A DNA stretch of 64,000 nucleotides from Chloroflexota bacterium (GCA_019637815.1 JAHBUZ010000008.1:88593-152592), one strand, 5' to 3'; counted from the first letter of the stretch, positions 36,513 to 47,455 are shown. The notes: generated by a model not told the origin, from the letters alone. Translations and numbers: made by a program.

Positions 36513-37645
36513 TCAGATGCTGCCGACCGGCAGTCGGACCGTCATGGTCGTCCCGCTGCCGGGCTCGCTCGCCGCCGTGATGGTGCCGCCGTGCGCTTCC
36601 ACGAGTGCGCGTGCGATGGCCAGACCCAGGCCGCTGCCGGTCGAATCGGGTGACCGGCTGAAGCGCTCGAACACGGTCCCGAGCAGCGCCGGGTCGATGC
36701 CTCTGCCCGTGTCCCGGACGCTGACGACCACCTGCTCGGTGTCCGTCGCCGCGACCTCGATGGTCACGCCGCCGCCTGCCGGTGTGTAACGGAGCGCGTT
36801 CGCGACGAGATTGCGCACCACGCTCCCGATACGCGCCGGATCCAGCCACGCTCGCGGCACGGCCGGTGTGACGGTCACGGACAGGGTCACGCCGGCGGCC
36901 TGTGCCGTGGGCTCGAACGCGCTCACGACCTCCGTCACGAGGGTGCCGACATCGACCGACTCTCGTGTGAGCTTCAGGCTGCCCGATTCGGACAACGCGA
37001 GCGTCCGAAGGTCCTCCACCAGCCGCTCCAGCACCGCCACCTGGTCGAGGGCAGGCGCGAGATGCTCTGCGTCGGCCGGATAGACACCGTCCCTGATCGC
37101 CTCCAGCTGTCCCTGGATGACCGTGAGCGGTGTGCGCAGCTCGTGGCTCACGTCCGCCATGAACGACCGGCGCTGGGCATCCGTGGCCTCCAGGCGGGCA
37201 CTCATCTGGTTGAACGAGCGCGCCAGCAGCCGTGCCTCGGCGGACCCCGTCTCCGGCACGCGAGCGGAGTAGTCGCCGTCCTGGACCCGCCCCGCCGCCT
37301 CGATGATCGGGTCGGTCTCGAGCCGTCGATGTCGGAATGACGAGATGAGCCGACTCGATCCAACGAGGATCATCACCACGAGCGCCAGGAACAGCACGTA
37401 GGACGCGAGCCAACGGACCTGGCCCGATGACGCGAACAGGATGCCGAACCCGACCAAGCCCAGCAGGACTACCAGGCATCCCAGTCCGGATGCGAGGCGA
37501 TGCCGTCGCCGCCAAGTGCCGGCCATGTACGCCCAGGGCACAGGGCTCTCCGGCGGCCAGGGCTCGTCCTCGGGCCACCAGGGCGGTCGATGCCTAGGCG
37601 GTCGGCCCCACGGCGGACCCCCGCGATGCGGCTCGTCGTCCTGAC

Positions 37646-37649
<4 letters not shown>
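36513..37649 (-). CDS. Sensor histidine kinase (two TM, HAMP, HisKA, HATPase)
   Basis: H-box 'FMADVSHELRTPL', N-box 'VVRNLVANALRY', and G-boxes 'DTGRGI' and 'GSGLGLAI'. ATGA overlap with the regulator. Confidence 0.9.
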
Positions 37650-38329
<680 letters not shown>

Positions 38330-38400
38330 CAGGGAGGGATGCTAGGCGACCGGATGCCGACGATGGCGTGGAGGCCACCGCCGGCGCTCGATCGATGGGG

Positions 38401-38880
38401 CTATCGGGCGCCCGTCGGGTCGTCGGATGAGGCGCTCGTGGACGGTGCCCCGGCGGGACCGCCGACGGACGGGCTCGCGGATGATCCGCTCGACGGACCG
38501 CCATGTGCCCGACGGTGCCACTCCTCGAACATCCGGGCTCGCGGATCGTCCGGGCCCGACGGACCGGCGCCCCACGGCCCGGCCGCGGACCACGGACCAT
38601 CCCAGCGCGGACCACCGCCGCGAGGGCCGCCCCACGCCGCACGCCGCGCGATGCCCCCGATGAGCACGAACAGCAGGATCACGAACAGCAGACCGAAGAA
38701 CGGGAAGAACGGGACGCCGAAGCCCCAGCCGTGCCAGCCCCAGGCCACGGGTGCGGCCACGACCGCGCCACCGGCCTCGACCGCGACGACGCCGCTGGTG
38801 CCGATGGCGAAGCCGATGCCACCGGCGACCAGGATGAGCATGAGGGCCAGGATCGCGCCCAGCCAGCCAAAGGATCGCAT
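38401..38880 (-). CDS. Small membrane protein with a Trp/Gly/Pro-rich tail (first gene of the TCS operon)
   Basis: Two hydrophobic segments are followed by 'RRAAWGGPRGGGPRWDGPWSAAGPWGAGP..RMFEEWHRRAHG'. A strong RBS (AGGAAAGGAGA) lies before ATG 38880. Confidence 0.6.
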   Translation of the reverse strand: MRSFGWLGAILALMLILVAGGIGFAIGTSGVVAVEAGGAVVAAPVAWGWHGWGFGVPFFPFFGLLFVILLFVLIGGIARRAAWGGPRGGGPRWDGPWSAAGPWGAGPSGPDDPRARMFEEWHRRAHGGPSSGSSASPSVGGPAGAPSTSASSDDPTGAR

Positions 38881-39047
38881 CGAGGGATCTCCTTTCCTGT
38901 GTGTCGATGTCGATGACCACAGGCTGGAGCCCGGATGTGCACGTCGTGTGAAGACCGCGCGAACGAGCGGTGGAGGGTCCGCCCTGACCCGTGCGCGCCG
39001 TGGTGGGCGGCCCTGTGCTCGAGCCGCGCGCCGCGGATCCGCCGCGG

Positions 39048-40313
39048 CTACGCCTCGAAACGGCGGAACACCGCGACCGCGTTCTGGCCGCCGAAGCCGA
39101 AGCCGTTGATGATCGCGGTGTCCACCCGCTGCTGGCGTGCCACGTTCGGCGTGTAGTCCAGGTCGCAGTCGGGGTCCGGCGTCTCGAGGTTGATGGTCGG
39201 CGGGACGACTCCCTCCCGGATCGAGCCGATGGCCGCGAGTGCGCTCATCACGCCTGCCGCGCCCAGCAGATGGCCGACCATCGACTTGGGGGAGCTGATG
39301 GCCACTCGCCGCGCGTGATCGCCGAAGGCTGCCTTGATGGCGCGCGTCTCGGTGACATCGTTGAGGGGCGTGGAGGTACCGTGCGCCACGATGTAGTCGA
39401 CCTCGTCAGGGGCGATGCGGGCATCGCGCAGTGCGTCGGTCATGGCCCGCGTGGCCCCCCGCCCGGTGGGCTCCGGTGCCGAGATGTGGAACGCGTCCGC
39501 GGTGAGCGCCGCGCCGATGACCTCGCACTGGATGGTCGCGCCGCGCGCCAGCGCATGCTCCGCGGACTCCAGGACCACGACGCCCGCACCCTCGCCGAAC
39601 AGGAAGCCGTCCCGGTTCCGGTCGAACGGCCGGGACGCGTGCTCCGGATCGTCGTTGCGCTTGGACAGGGCGCCCATGTTGGCGAGCGCCGCGAACGCCA
39701 CGGGCAGCAACGGCGCCTCCGACCCGCCCACGAGGACCACGTCCACGTCACCGCGCTGGATCATCCGGAGCCCGTCCTGGAACGCGATGATGGAGCTCGC
39801 GCAGGCGGCCACCTGGGTGATGACCGGTCCCGTGAGGCCGTACTCCATGGAGAGCATGCAGGCGGCCATCGACCCGGACAGCGCCGGGATGGCGAACGGG
39901 CTCACCTGGCCCGGACCCTTGGCGAGCAGGGTCGCGGTGCCGTCGATGACCTGCTCCTGGCCGCCACCGCTCGTGTTGACCGCCACGCCCACCCGGTCCC
40001 GCTGCTCGGTGGTCATGGACCCGGGATCGAGGCCGGCATCCCGCACCGCCTCCGTGCCGGCCGCCATGCCGAAGTGGATGAAGCGGCTCATCCGACGCGC
40101 CATCTTGCGGTCCATGGCGACCGTGGGCTCGAAGCCCTTCACCTCCGCCGCGATGCGCACGTCATACGCGGAGGCGTCGAAGGAGGTGATGGGACCGCCA
40201 CCGCTCACCCCGGCGACGAGGTTGTGCCAGAAGGTGGGGTGGTCGTTGCCGATAGGCGTCACGGCACCAAGGCCAGTGACCACGGCACGTCGAGACAGGT
40301 CGTTCTCGGGCAA
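39048..40313 (-). CDS. fabF: Beta-ketoacyl-ACP synthase II
   Basis: 'RRAVVTGLGAVTPIG', active-site 'VAACASS', 'HGTSTPLND' and 'KSMVGHLLGAAG'. TTG 40313 sits 7 nt after AGGAG and gives a 421-aa product. Confidence 0.88.
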   Translation of the reverse strand: MPENDLSRRAVVTGLGAVTPIGNDHPTFWHNLVAGVSGGGPITSFDASAYDVRIAAEVKGFEPTVAMDRKMARRMSRFIHFGMAAGTEAVRDAGLDPGSMTTEQRDRVGVAVNTSGGGQEQVIDGTATLLAKGPGQVSPFAIPALSGSMAACMLSMEYGLTGPVITQVAACASSIIAFQDGLRMIQRGDVDVVLVGGSEAPLLPVAFAALANMGALSKRNDDPEHASRPFDRNRDGFLFGEGAGVVVLESAEHALARGATIQCEVIGAALTADAFHISAPEPTGRGATRAMTDALRDARIAPDEVDYIVAHGTSTPLNDVTETRAIKAAFGDHARRVAISSPKSMVGHLLGAAGVMSALAAIGSIREGVVPPTINLETPDPDCDLDYTPNVARQQRVDTAIINGFGFGGQNAVAVFRRFEA

Positions 40314-40431
40314 GTCGGGGCTCCTCGCGTGGGTCCCGGGTATGGTAGCCGGACCTCGGGGAGATGCAGGTGGGATCGTGCGATCCTGCACGCGTCGTCC
40401 CGACGACCATCGCCACCAGTCGGAGGGCCGG

Positions 40432-41934
40432 ATGCCACGGCTGACACGCACGATCGGGACCTGGCTGCTGCTCACGCTGCTCCTGGCGACCCCGGCCTTG
40501 GCCGCCGACCCGTCAACCCCGCTCGCGGACGCCGATGACGAGGTGCGTGCCGTGTACGCCGGAGCCGGCCTGCTGGACGCCGCGGGGACCTGCTCCGCGG
40601 TGCTCATCCGGCCGGCCGCCGGTGATCCCCCGGCCGACGCACCGGCATACGCCCTCACCAACGGCCACTGCGTCGACCTGTTCGACGCCACGACCGTGCG
40701 CCGTGACTCCACCGTCGAGCCCGGCAGTGCCACCATCTCGTTCGGGGTCCGTGCGGATGGCACGCCCGAGCGCCAGGTGGCGGTGACGCATGTCCGATGG
40801 GCGACCATGAAGGGGACGGACCTCGCGGTGGTGGAGCTGGCCGAGCCGCTCGCCGACCTCCTGGGCGCGGGCCTGCGCGCCTATCCGCTGGCGGATCCGC
40901 CGTCCCCGGGCACGCCGGTCGTGGTGGTCGGCGGACCCGCGCCGATCGATGGTGGTGACCGGGTGCTGCGCCTGGCCGCCTGCACCGCCGGAGCGTCCGT
41001 CGACCTGTTCGAGCGACACTGGACCTGGTTCGGCTTCCCGGCCAACGACTGTGCGGACATCCGCCCGGGCAGCTCAGGCTCGCCCGTGCTCGACCCAGCG
41101 ACCGGCGCGCTGGTCGGGCTCGTCAACACCACGACCCAGGGGAGCGAGGGCACCTCCGACTGCGCCATGGGTCGGCCCTGCGAGGTGACGGCCGAGGGCC
41201 TCGCGAGCGTCCCCGACGCGGTCTATGGCCCCGCCGTGCGCCTCCTGGCGGGCTGCTTCGATGCGAGCTGGACGTTCACGGGTCCGGGCGCCGACTGCCC
41301 GCTCGACCCCGGCGATGGCATCGGGGCGGTGTCCTGGACGATGACCGCGAACCCGGGTGCCACGACCATCACGGGTGACTTCCCCTCGCCCTCCACCTGG
41401 GCGATCGCGCTGACCGGCCCGCCGACCGGCCTGACACGGATGCGTCTCGCGACCGGACGGCCGGGCGCGCTCGACTGCCACGACCTTGCCGCGTACGGCC
41501 CACTCGTCGTGGTCCCCGAGGATGGCCTCTATGACCCACCCTTGCCGACCGAGGGTGGCAGCCACCTCACCTGTCTCATCGGGGTCGCGCGGGACGAGCC
41601 CGACGCGTGGGCCGCCGCCGTCCGCTTCCCGATGGTCCTCCGGGTGGACATCGACCGGATCCCGCCGCTGGTGCCGGTGGAGCTGTCCGTGCGCGAGCTG
41701 CCGGAGGGGTGGATGGTCGAGCCCGTCTTCCAGCCGCCGGAGCTGTCGCTGTTCGACTGGAAGTGGGGTCCGCCGGACACGACCGATTGCGCCGATCCGA
41801 CCGACTACACGCCGTACCGGCGGTTCCCCATGACTCTCGAGCGGGCGGATGCGCCGATCCGCCTGTGTGTCGTCGGCTATGACGATGCGAACAACGCCAC
41901 GCCGCCGCTCGACCGGGTGCTCGGCGACCCCTGA
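40432..41934 (+). CDS. Secreted trypsin-like (S1) serine protease with a C-terminal extension
   Basis: Signal peptide 'LLLTLLLATPALA', 'ALTNGHCV' (His), 'DLAVVEL' (Asp) and 'GSSGSPV' (Ser). ATG 40432 follows GGAGGG. Confidence 0.75.
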   Translation: MPRLTRTIGTWLLLTLLLATPALAADPSTPLADADDEVRAVYAGAGLLDAAGTCSAVLIRPAAGDPPADAPAYALTNGHCVDLFDATTVRRDSTVEPGSATISFGVRADGTPERQVAVTHVRWATMKGTDLAVVELAEPLADLLGAGLRAYPLADPPSPGTPVVVVGGPAPIDGGDRVLRLAACTAGASVDLFERHWTWFGFPANDCADIRPGSSGSPVLDPATGALVGLVNTTTQGSEGTSDCAMGRPCEVTAEGLASVPDAVYGPAVRLLAGCFDASWTFTGPGADCPLDPGDGIGAVSWTMTANPGATTITGDFPSPSTWAIALTGPPTGLTRMRLATGRPGALDCHDLAAYGPLVVVPEDGLYDPPLPTEGGSHLTCLIGVARDEPDAWAAAVRFPMVLRVDIDRIPPLVPVELSVRELPEGWMVEPVFQPPELSLFDWKWGPPDTTDCADPTDYTPYRRFPMTLERADAPIRLCVVGYDDANNATPPLDRVLGDP

Positions 41935-41948
41935 CCCGTCGACCGGGC

Positions 41949-42812
41949 TCAGCTGCCGCGGGTGCGCCGGAACGCCGCCCGTGCGGGTGGCATCGACCGG
42001 AGCGACGCCGGCACCAGGGAGGTCCAGGTGCGGACCGCGGTCGCGATGCCGGCAGCCGTCCGCTCGCGGCGTGCGTCCCACGGGATGCCGTATGCGGCGC
42101 GGATCCGGGGTGGCAGGAGCGCGATGCCAGGCAGGGCGAGCGCATCGACCGCCCAGCCGGGTGTCAGGGGGAGGGGAGGGCGGACCAGGAGCGGTGCCAT
42201 CGCCCGTGCCTCGGTCGTCACCTGGATCGGGCCATCCGGGTCCAGCATCCGGTCCCAGTAGCGGAGCAGCCCAGGCCAGTCGGTCGGGCTGGTACGGAGC
42301 GGGATGCCGAGGCGCGTCCCCACCGCGCGAGCCTCTTGCCAGAAGCGGTCCGCCTCGGCATCGGTGACGTGGCCCACCCAGCGCCGGTAGCCCTGGATGC
42401 TCGTCACGATGAGCGTGGCCTGGACCCACAGCAGCAGCTCCGGGTCGAGCGCGCGGTATCGGTCGACACCGGTCAGGCGACGGGTCTCCTCGTCCGGGAC
42501 GCCGCGGACGCCCGCGTGCACGGCGTTGAGTCGGCGGATCGCGCGCTCCGCCGTCGGCCCATCTCCGAACACCATGTCGAGGGTCGTGCGCAGGGTGCGT
42601 CGGAGCCGTGCGAACGGGTCGGCGCGGAAGTCGCTGTGCTGAGCGACCCCCGCCGCCACGAGCGGGTGCGCGACCTGGAGCAGGAGCGCAGCGGGACCGG
42701 CACCGAGCAGCACGGCTTCGCGGTTGATGCGCCACATCACCGAATCGGGGCCGTAGAAGCCCAGGAGCGGGTCGGCGCGCGTGGTCGTCCGATCGATGTG
42801 ATCCGTGGTCAT
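41949..42812 (-). CDS. DUF2236 (MpaB-like oxygenase) family protein
   Basis: 'GPDSVMWRINREAVLLGAGPAALLLQVAHPLVAAGV' and 'RLNAVHAGVRG' match DUF2236 as I remember it. Confidence 0.7.
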   Translation of the reverse strand: MTTDHIDRTTTRADPLLGFYGPDSVMWRINREAVLLGAGPAALLLQVAHPLVAAGVAQHSDFRADPFARLRRTLRTTLDMVFGDGPTAERAIRRLNAVHAGVRGVPDEETRRLTGVDRYRALDPELLLWVQATLIVTSIQGYRRWVGHVTDAEADRFWQEARAVGTRLGIPLRTSPTDWPGLLRYWDRMLDPDGPIQVTTEARAMAPLLVRPPLPLTPGWAVDALALPGIALLPPRIRAAYGIPWDARRERTAAGIATAVRTWTSLVPASLRSMPPARAAFRRTRGS

Positions 42813-42962
42813 CGAGTGGCATTGTCGCGCGTGACGCGTCCCGGCGGCCCACACTCGATCCGGTCGACCCACTTGCATCGAGTGCGAGCATGGGTCCACG
42901 GCGACGGCATGACCGTCCCACTCGTGACGGCAGCGCGCGGTCGCCAGCGGAAGGAGCTGGAG

Positions 42963-44114
42963 ATGCATCGACACGCGTCCTTCGCCCTCGTGCTCGCGAC
43001 CACCCTCGCCCTCGTGGTGCCGGCCGCTGCCAGTGCCGATACGTTCTCGGGGACGACCACCCTCTCGCAGCTCGAGGACGACAAGGAGGTCACGGTCACC
43101 GATGTGGCTGCCCGTGGCAGGAACGTCGTGGTCGGCTGGGAGGAATCGCCGGAGGTCGGCAACCGGCGTGTCTTCATCCGGTCGAGCACCAACGGCGGGG
43201 CGTCCTTCGGTCCCCGGATCCGTCTCGATACCCGCTCCCAGCGCGAGATCCGCGTGGATGTCTGCGGTGGCTACTCCTGGGCGACGAGCGGTCTGTCCGT
43301 GCCCGGCAGCTGGCTGGTGGCGCTCGACAAGCGATCGCTGACCAGCAGCGAGGTCGAGCAGTCCGTGCTCACGACATCCGGCATCGCGCGACGGCCCGAT
43401 GTCGCGTGTGGCGGTGAGCGGCTCATCGTCGCCTGGTTCCAGCAGTCGGGAGGCGTCTGGCGGGTCAAGCTCCACGCGCGCGGCGTCCACGACCAGGCGA
43501 AGGGGAACGCACTGCCACCCTTCGATGCCGACCTTGGCACCGGTGACATGGTCCGCGGGTTGGCGGTGGCCGCGACGTCCGACCGGGTGTATGTCGCGTG
43601 GTATCGCGGCAACGACCTGCGGGTCCGGCGCTACAGCATCGGCTCGGGGTCGAAGCGCAAGCTGACCGCGCTGGGCACGACCACCTTCTCGATGCCCAGC
43701 GCCAGCGTCGTGCACCTGGGGGCGAATGGCTCCCGGGTCGCCGTCACCTACTGGCGGAACTCCGGCGCCCGTGTGCGCGTCTCCACGAACAAGGGCTCGA
43801 GCTGGGGCTCCCAGCGGACGCTGGCGACCGCGGAGGCGGAGGCTGCCGTCATCCCGTCGAGCATCACGATCCGGGGCAGCACCATCATCGCGGCGCTGTC
43901 GTTCGCGTTCGACGGCGGTGGCAGCGGCGTCGTGACACGCTCCACCAACGGCAGTGGCACCGGGTGGTCCCCGGTCAGTGGCTCGTCGCGGTCGGGTGGC
44001 AGGATGGTCGCGGCGCTCTCGTCGCCGAGCGGCACCACCCGCATCGTCCAGGCGTGGGACCAGTCGCTCCGTCCGGGGGTCACGCAGCGCGTCCGGTTCC
44101 GGCGTTCGATCTGA
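42963..44114 (+). CDS. Secreted BNR/Asp-box repeat protein (sialidase-fold-like)
   Basis: Signal peptide, with repeated 'S(S/T)NGGASF', 'STNKGSSW' and 'STNGSGTGW' boxes. Confidence 0.65.
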   Translation: MHRHASFALVLATTLALVVPAAASADTFSGTTTLSQLEDDKEVTVTDVAARGRNVVVGWEESPEVGNRRVFIRSSTNGGASFGPRIRLDTRSQREIRVDVCGGYSWATSGLSVPGSWLVALDKRSLTSSEVEQSVLTTSGIARRPDVACGGERLIVAWFQQSGGVWRVKLHARGVHDQAKGNALPPFDADLGTGDMVRGLAVAATSDRVYVAWYRGNDLRVRRYSIGSGSKRKLTALGTTTFSMPSASVVHLGANGSRVAVTYWRNSGARVRVSTNKGSSWGSQRTLATAEAEAAVIPSSITIRGSTIIAALSFAFDGGGSGVVTRSTNGSGTGWSPVSGSSRSGGRMVAALSSPSGTTRIVQAWDQSLRPGVTQRVRFRRSI

Positions 44115-44118
44115 GGAT

Positions 44119-44153
44119 GCGCCAAGGGGCGCCCCTGGTGCGCCCTGTGGCGC
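44119..44153. terminator. Twin short hairpins between convergent genes
   Basis: GCGCC-aagg-GGCGC and GCGCC-ctgt-GGCGC, 21 nt apart, form a direct duplication of TGCGCCnnnnGGCGCCC. Confidence 0.3.
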
Positions 44154-44168
44154 CCGCCCGCGACCTCG

Positions 44169-45431
44169 TCAGTCGCCGTCGTAGCGCTTGAAGATGATCG
44201 CGCCGTTGTGCCCGCCGAGACCGATGTTGTCGGACATGGCGTAGCGGATCTCCATCTTCCGGGACTCGCCGTGGACCACGTCCAGGTCGAGCTCCGGGTC
44301 TGGCTCCTCGTAGTTGAGGGTCGCGGGTGCGGTCTGGTGGTACACGGACAGGGCCGTGAACACGCCCTCCACCGCGCCCGCCGCACCCATGAGGTGGCCG
44401 GTCATGGACTTGGTGCCGGAGATGGCGATCCGGTTGGCACGCTCGCCGAACACCGAGTGGATGGCCTGGCTCTCGCGCAGGTCGCCGAGTGGCGTGGAGG
44501 TGCCGTGGGGGTTGATCATGTCGATCTCGTCGGCCGGGACGTCATGCCGCTGGAGCGCCCAGCGCATCGCCCGGGCCGTGCCCTCGCCCTGCTCCACGGG
44601 CTGGATGAGGTCCCACGCGTCGCCAGCGGAGCCGTAGCCCACGACCTCGGCATAGATGCGCGCCCCGCGCGCCCGCGCGATCTCGAGGTCCTCGAGGACC
44701 AGCGCGCCGGAGCCCTCACCCAGGACGAAGCCATCGCGGCTGCGGTCATAGGGTCGTGAGATGTCCGTCAGTGGCCGGCCTTCGCGCGGTGTGCCCATGC
44801 CCCGCATGTTGCTGAAGCCGATGTAGGCGACCTCGTACAGGGGGGTCTCGGTGGCACCCGTGATGACCGTGTGGTAGTCGCCCCGACGGATGCCCTCGGC
44901 GGCCTCACCGATGTTGTTGGTGCCCGTGGAGCACGCCGTCACCACGCACATGTTCGGCCCCTTGGCGCCCAGCTCGATGGCGATCTGGCCGGACGCGGTA
45001 TCCGGGAGCATGTTGGCGATGAAGAACGGGCTGACCGACTTGGGGCGCGTCTTCATGGTCTCGATGGCGTTGGCCATCAGACCGGGACCGCCTGCGCCCG
45101 AGCCGAAGATGACGCCCACCTCCTCCGCGTTGGAGGCATCGATGACGAGGCCTGCGTCGGCCGCAGCCTGCTTGGCAGCGGCGACCGCGAACACGACGTT
45201 CTTGTCCGTCCGGCGGACGGCCTTGAAGTCCATCCAGGTGTTGGGGTCGAAGCCGTGGACCTCGCCCGCGGCGTGACAGTCGGTGACCGTGGGGTCCCAG
45301 TAGGTGATCTCGCGGAGACCGCTGTTGCCGGCGACCAGGTTCGACCAGGCGGTGTCGATGTCCGAGCCCACCGGGCTCACGATGCCGAGGCCGGTGATGG
45401 CGACGCGGCGGCTGAAGTCGGGCTTGCGCAT
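44169..45431 (-). CDS. Beta-ketoacyl-ACP synthase I/II (KasA/FabF-like)
   Basis: 'RRVAITGLGIVSPVG', 'VTACSTG', 'HGTSTPLGD' and 'KSMTGHLMGAAG'. ATG 45431 lies 7 nt after the fabD stop. Confidence 0.88.
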   Translation of the reverse strand: MRKPDFSRRVAITGLGIVSPVGSDIDTAWSNLVAGNSGLREITYWDPTVTDCHAAGEVHGFDPNTWMDFKAVRRTDKNVVFAVAAAKQAAADAGLVIDASNAEEVGVIFGSGAGGPGLMANAIETMKTRPKSVSPFFIANMLPDTASGQIAIELGAKGPNMCVVTACSTGTNNIGEAAEGIRRGDYHTVITGATETPLYEVAYIGFSNMRGMGTPREGRPLTDISRPYDRSRDGFVLGEGSGALVLEDLEIARARGARIYAEVVGYGSAGDAWDLIQPVEQGEGTARAMRWALQRHDVPADEIDMINPHGTSTPLGDLRESQAIHSVFGERANRIAISGTKSMTGHLMGAAGAVEGVFTALSVYHQTAPATLNYEEPDPELDLDVVHGESRKMEIRYAMSDNIGLGGHNGAIIFKRYDGD

Positions 45432-45438
45432 GGGCTGG

Positions 45439-46383
45439 CTACTCCGTGGGGCTGGCGAGGATGCCCGCCGGGTCGGCGATACCGCCGGGGCCGGAGGGGT
45501 CGTCAAGGGCGATGGCACGCGCATCGGGGGCGATGCGCTTGATGAGGTTGGTGAGCACCTTGCCAGGGCCAACCTCGAGGAACGTGTCGATCCCGTCGGC
45601 GCGCATGGTCTCCACGGCACGCACCCAGTCCACGCCGCGCGTCAGATGCTCGATGAGCTCCTCGCGGCAGTCGTCCGCGGTGGTGAGCGGCCGTGCATCC
45701 GCGTTGGCGAGCAGTGGCGCCACGGGATCGCGGAAGGGGAGGCCCTCGATGGCGTCCCGCATCCCGTCCGCGGCGGCTTCCATGAGTGGTGAGTGCGCCG
45801 CGACGCTCACGGGCAGCACGATGGCGCGCTTCGCGCCGAGCCCCTTGGCGGCATCCGCGGCAGCCTGGACCGCGGCGGTCTCGCCGCTCACCACGACCTG
45901 ACCAGGGGAGTTGCGGTTGGCGACCGTGAACACGCCCGCTGCGGAGCCGATGGCCACGAGCTCCGGGAGCCGTGCGTCGTCGAGGCCGATGATGGCGGCC
46001 ATGGAGCCCGCGGGCGCGGCCTGCATCAGGCGACCCCGCTCGCGCACGAGGCGCACCGCATCGGCGAGGTCCAGCACACCTGCGGCGACCATCGCGCTGT
46101 ACTGGCCCATGGAGTGGCCTGCGAAGACGACGGGTGCCGGCACCCCGGCCGTGGCTGCGTCCCACGCGCGGCGGTAGGCGATCGAGGTCGCGAGCAGCGC
46201 CGGCTGTGCGTTCGCGGTGAGATCCAGCTCCTCCGCCGGGCCGTCCGTGATGAGGTGGTCGAGCGGCTCGCCGAGTGTCGTCGCAGCCGTGGTGACCGCG
46301 TCCCAGGCGGGCGTACCGGTGAGTGCGGCTCCCATGCCGACCGACTGGGATCCCTGGCCGGGGAACACGAACGCGATACGCAC
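45439..46383 (-). CDS. fabD: Malonyl-CoA:ACP transacylase
   Basis: 'IAFVFPGQGSQ', 'GHSMGQYSA' and 'LPVSVAAHSPLM'. GTG 46383 follows GGAGGG. Confidence 0.9.
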   Translation of the reverse strand: MRIAFVFPGQGSQSVGMGAALTGTPAWDAVTTAATTLGEPLDHLITDGPAEELDLTANAQPALLATSIAYRRAWDAATAGVPAPVVFAGHSMGQYSAMVAAGVLDLADAVRLVRERGRLMQAAPAGSMAAIIGLDDARLPELVAIGSAAGVFTVANRNSPGQVVVSGETAAVQAAADAAKGLGAKRAIVLPVSVAAHSPLMEAAADGMRDAIEGLPFRDPVAPLLANADARPLTTADDCREELIEHLTRGVDWVRAVETMRADGIDTFLEVGPGKVLTNLIKRIAPDARAIALDDPSGPGGIADPAGILASPTE

Positions 46384-46487
46384 CAGACCCTCCGAGCGAC
46401 GGACCACGCGGCGTGCGACGGGCACGCGCGGACCGCGTCTCGGCGGTCCAGCGAACCCTAGCAGCGGATGGTGCACCCGTGCGCCAG

Positions 46488-46509
46488 ATATGTGCGATCA
46501 TGCACGTAT
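46488..46509. promoter_or_regulatory. Operator-like inverted repeat in the fabD/marR divergent region
   Basis: ATATGTGC-gatcat-GCACGTAT has 8-bp arms with one mismatch. It lies in the AT-richest patch of the gap, just upstream of the MarR gene. Confidence 0.4.
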
Positions 46510-46537
46510 CGTGACCGACCCACGCAGCGAGACCCTG

Positions 46538-47128
46538 ATGGACGATGGTGCCGCCACCAGTGATGGCGTGGCCGATGGCGGTGGTGCCGCCACCAGCGAC
46601 CGGACCGGCGTCCGGCGGACCGGGCTGCTCGATCCGGTCGTCCAGGCGGCGCGTGACGAGCTGGCGAGCGTAGGCCTCCCGGCGGACCGCATCCTCGTGC
46701 TGCGGGCGCTGTGGCGGGAGCTGCTCATCGGGTTCACGCAACAGCTCGGCGAGCATCGCCTGGGCTTCCACCAGCTGGCGACGCTGTATGCCGTCGCGGG
46801 CACCGAGACGCTGTCCATCGCGGACCTTGGCACGATCCTGGGGCGCTCGCCCTCCGCGACCAGTCGCATCGTGAGCGGGCTCGCGCGACGAGGCCTGGTG
46901 ACGCGGACCGAGGAGGTCGCTGACCGGCGCCAGCGGCTGGTGACGCTGACACCCCGTGGCGTGGCGCTGCTGGGCGTGTTCGACCGGGCCCGCGCCGAGC
47001 AGTTCCTGGCCGTGATGCGGCCGTTGCCCATGGCAGATCGCGCGGTCGTCGCGATGGGCGTGGCCGCACTCGCATCCCGCGCGATGTCCCGACGCGGCCG
47101 ATTGATCAAGGCCGGCCCCGGCAGCTGA
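46538..47128 (+). CDS. MarR-family transcriptional regulator
   Basis: 'LSIADLGTILGRSPSATSRIVSGLARRGLVTRTEEVADRRQRLVTLTPRG'. An alternative GTG at 46511 is also in frame. Confidence 0.85.
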   Translation: MDDGAATSDGVADGGGAATSDRTGVRRTGLLDPVVQAARDELASVGLPADRILVLRALWRELLIGFTQQLGEHRLGFHQLATLYAVAGTETLSIADLGTILGRSPSATSRIVSGLARRGLVTRTEEVADRRQRLVTLTPRGVALLGVFDRARAEQFLAVMRPLPMADRAVVAMGVAALASRAMSRRGRLIKAGPGS

Positions 47129-47151
47129 CGCCCGGCAGTTCCCGAGCGTGC

Positions 47152-47400
47152 TCAGGTGGTCGGGGTTCCCGCCTCCGGGCGGCCGATTCGGACCCGCCAG
47201 ACGTCCGGGCCCTGCTCCAGGTAGTCCCAGGTGAACTCCCCGGCGTGCTCCGCCGCGAACTGGTAGTACAGCGGCTTGGGGTCGTGGTCGTTCACGAGCT
47301 CGAACGCGGTGCCGGGGTCCAGCGCCGCGTACGTCTCGAAGATCAGGCCGTGGCGGCGGACCGGCGGCTGCTCTCGGACATCGAGCACGGGGTCGGGCAT
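47152..47400 (-). CDS. DUF2249-domain protein
   Basis: 'LDVREQPPVRRHGLIFETYAALDPGTAFELVNDHDPKPLYYQF'. Confidence 0.8.
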   Translation of the reverse strand: MPDPVLDVREQPPVRRHGLIFETYAALDPGTAFELVNDHDPKPLYYQFAAEHAGEFTWDYLEQGPDVWRVRIGRPEAGTPTT

Positions 47401-47455
47401 GGGTGGGTCCCTCCTGGGATGGTCGGGGACGGTCGCCCCGTTCGGTCGATCGAGG

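Noticed and set aside
39415-40431. Long N-terminal extensions of track ORFs. Examples: 39415 for the S1 protease, 42336 for the BNR protein, 20908 for korA, 4975 and 5981 in the haem cluster, 46217 for MarR, and 10513 for the helicase.
   Set aside because: The extensions overlap neighbouring real genes on either strand and look like low-complexity sequence. Internal ATG/GTG/TTG codons with Shine-Dalgarno-like purine tracts, signal peptides or 4-nt coupling give proteins of normal family length.
45432-45438. A missed acyl carrier protein gene between fabD and the KAS gene.
   Set aside because: The gap is only 7 nt, and no ~80-100-aa ORF with a DSL/DSxx phosphopantetheine motif exists in any frame here.
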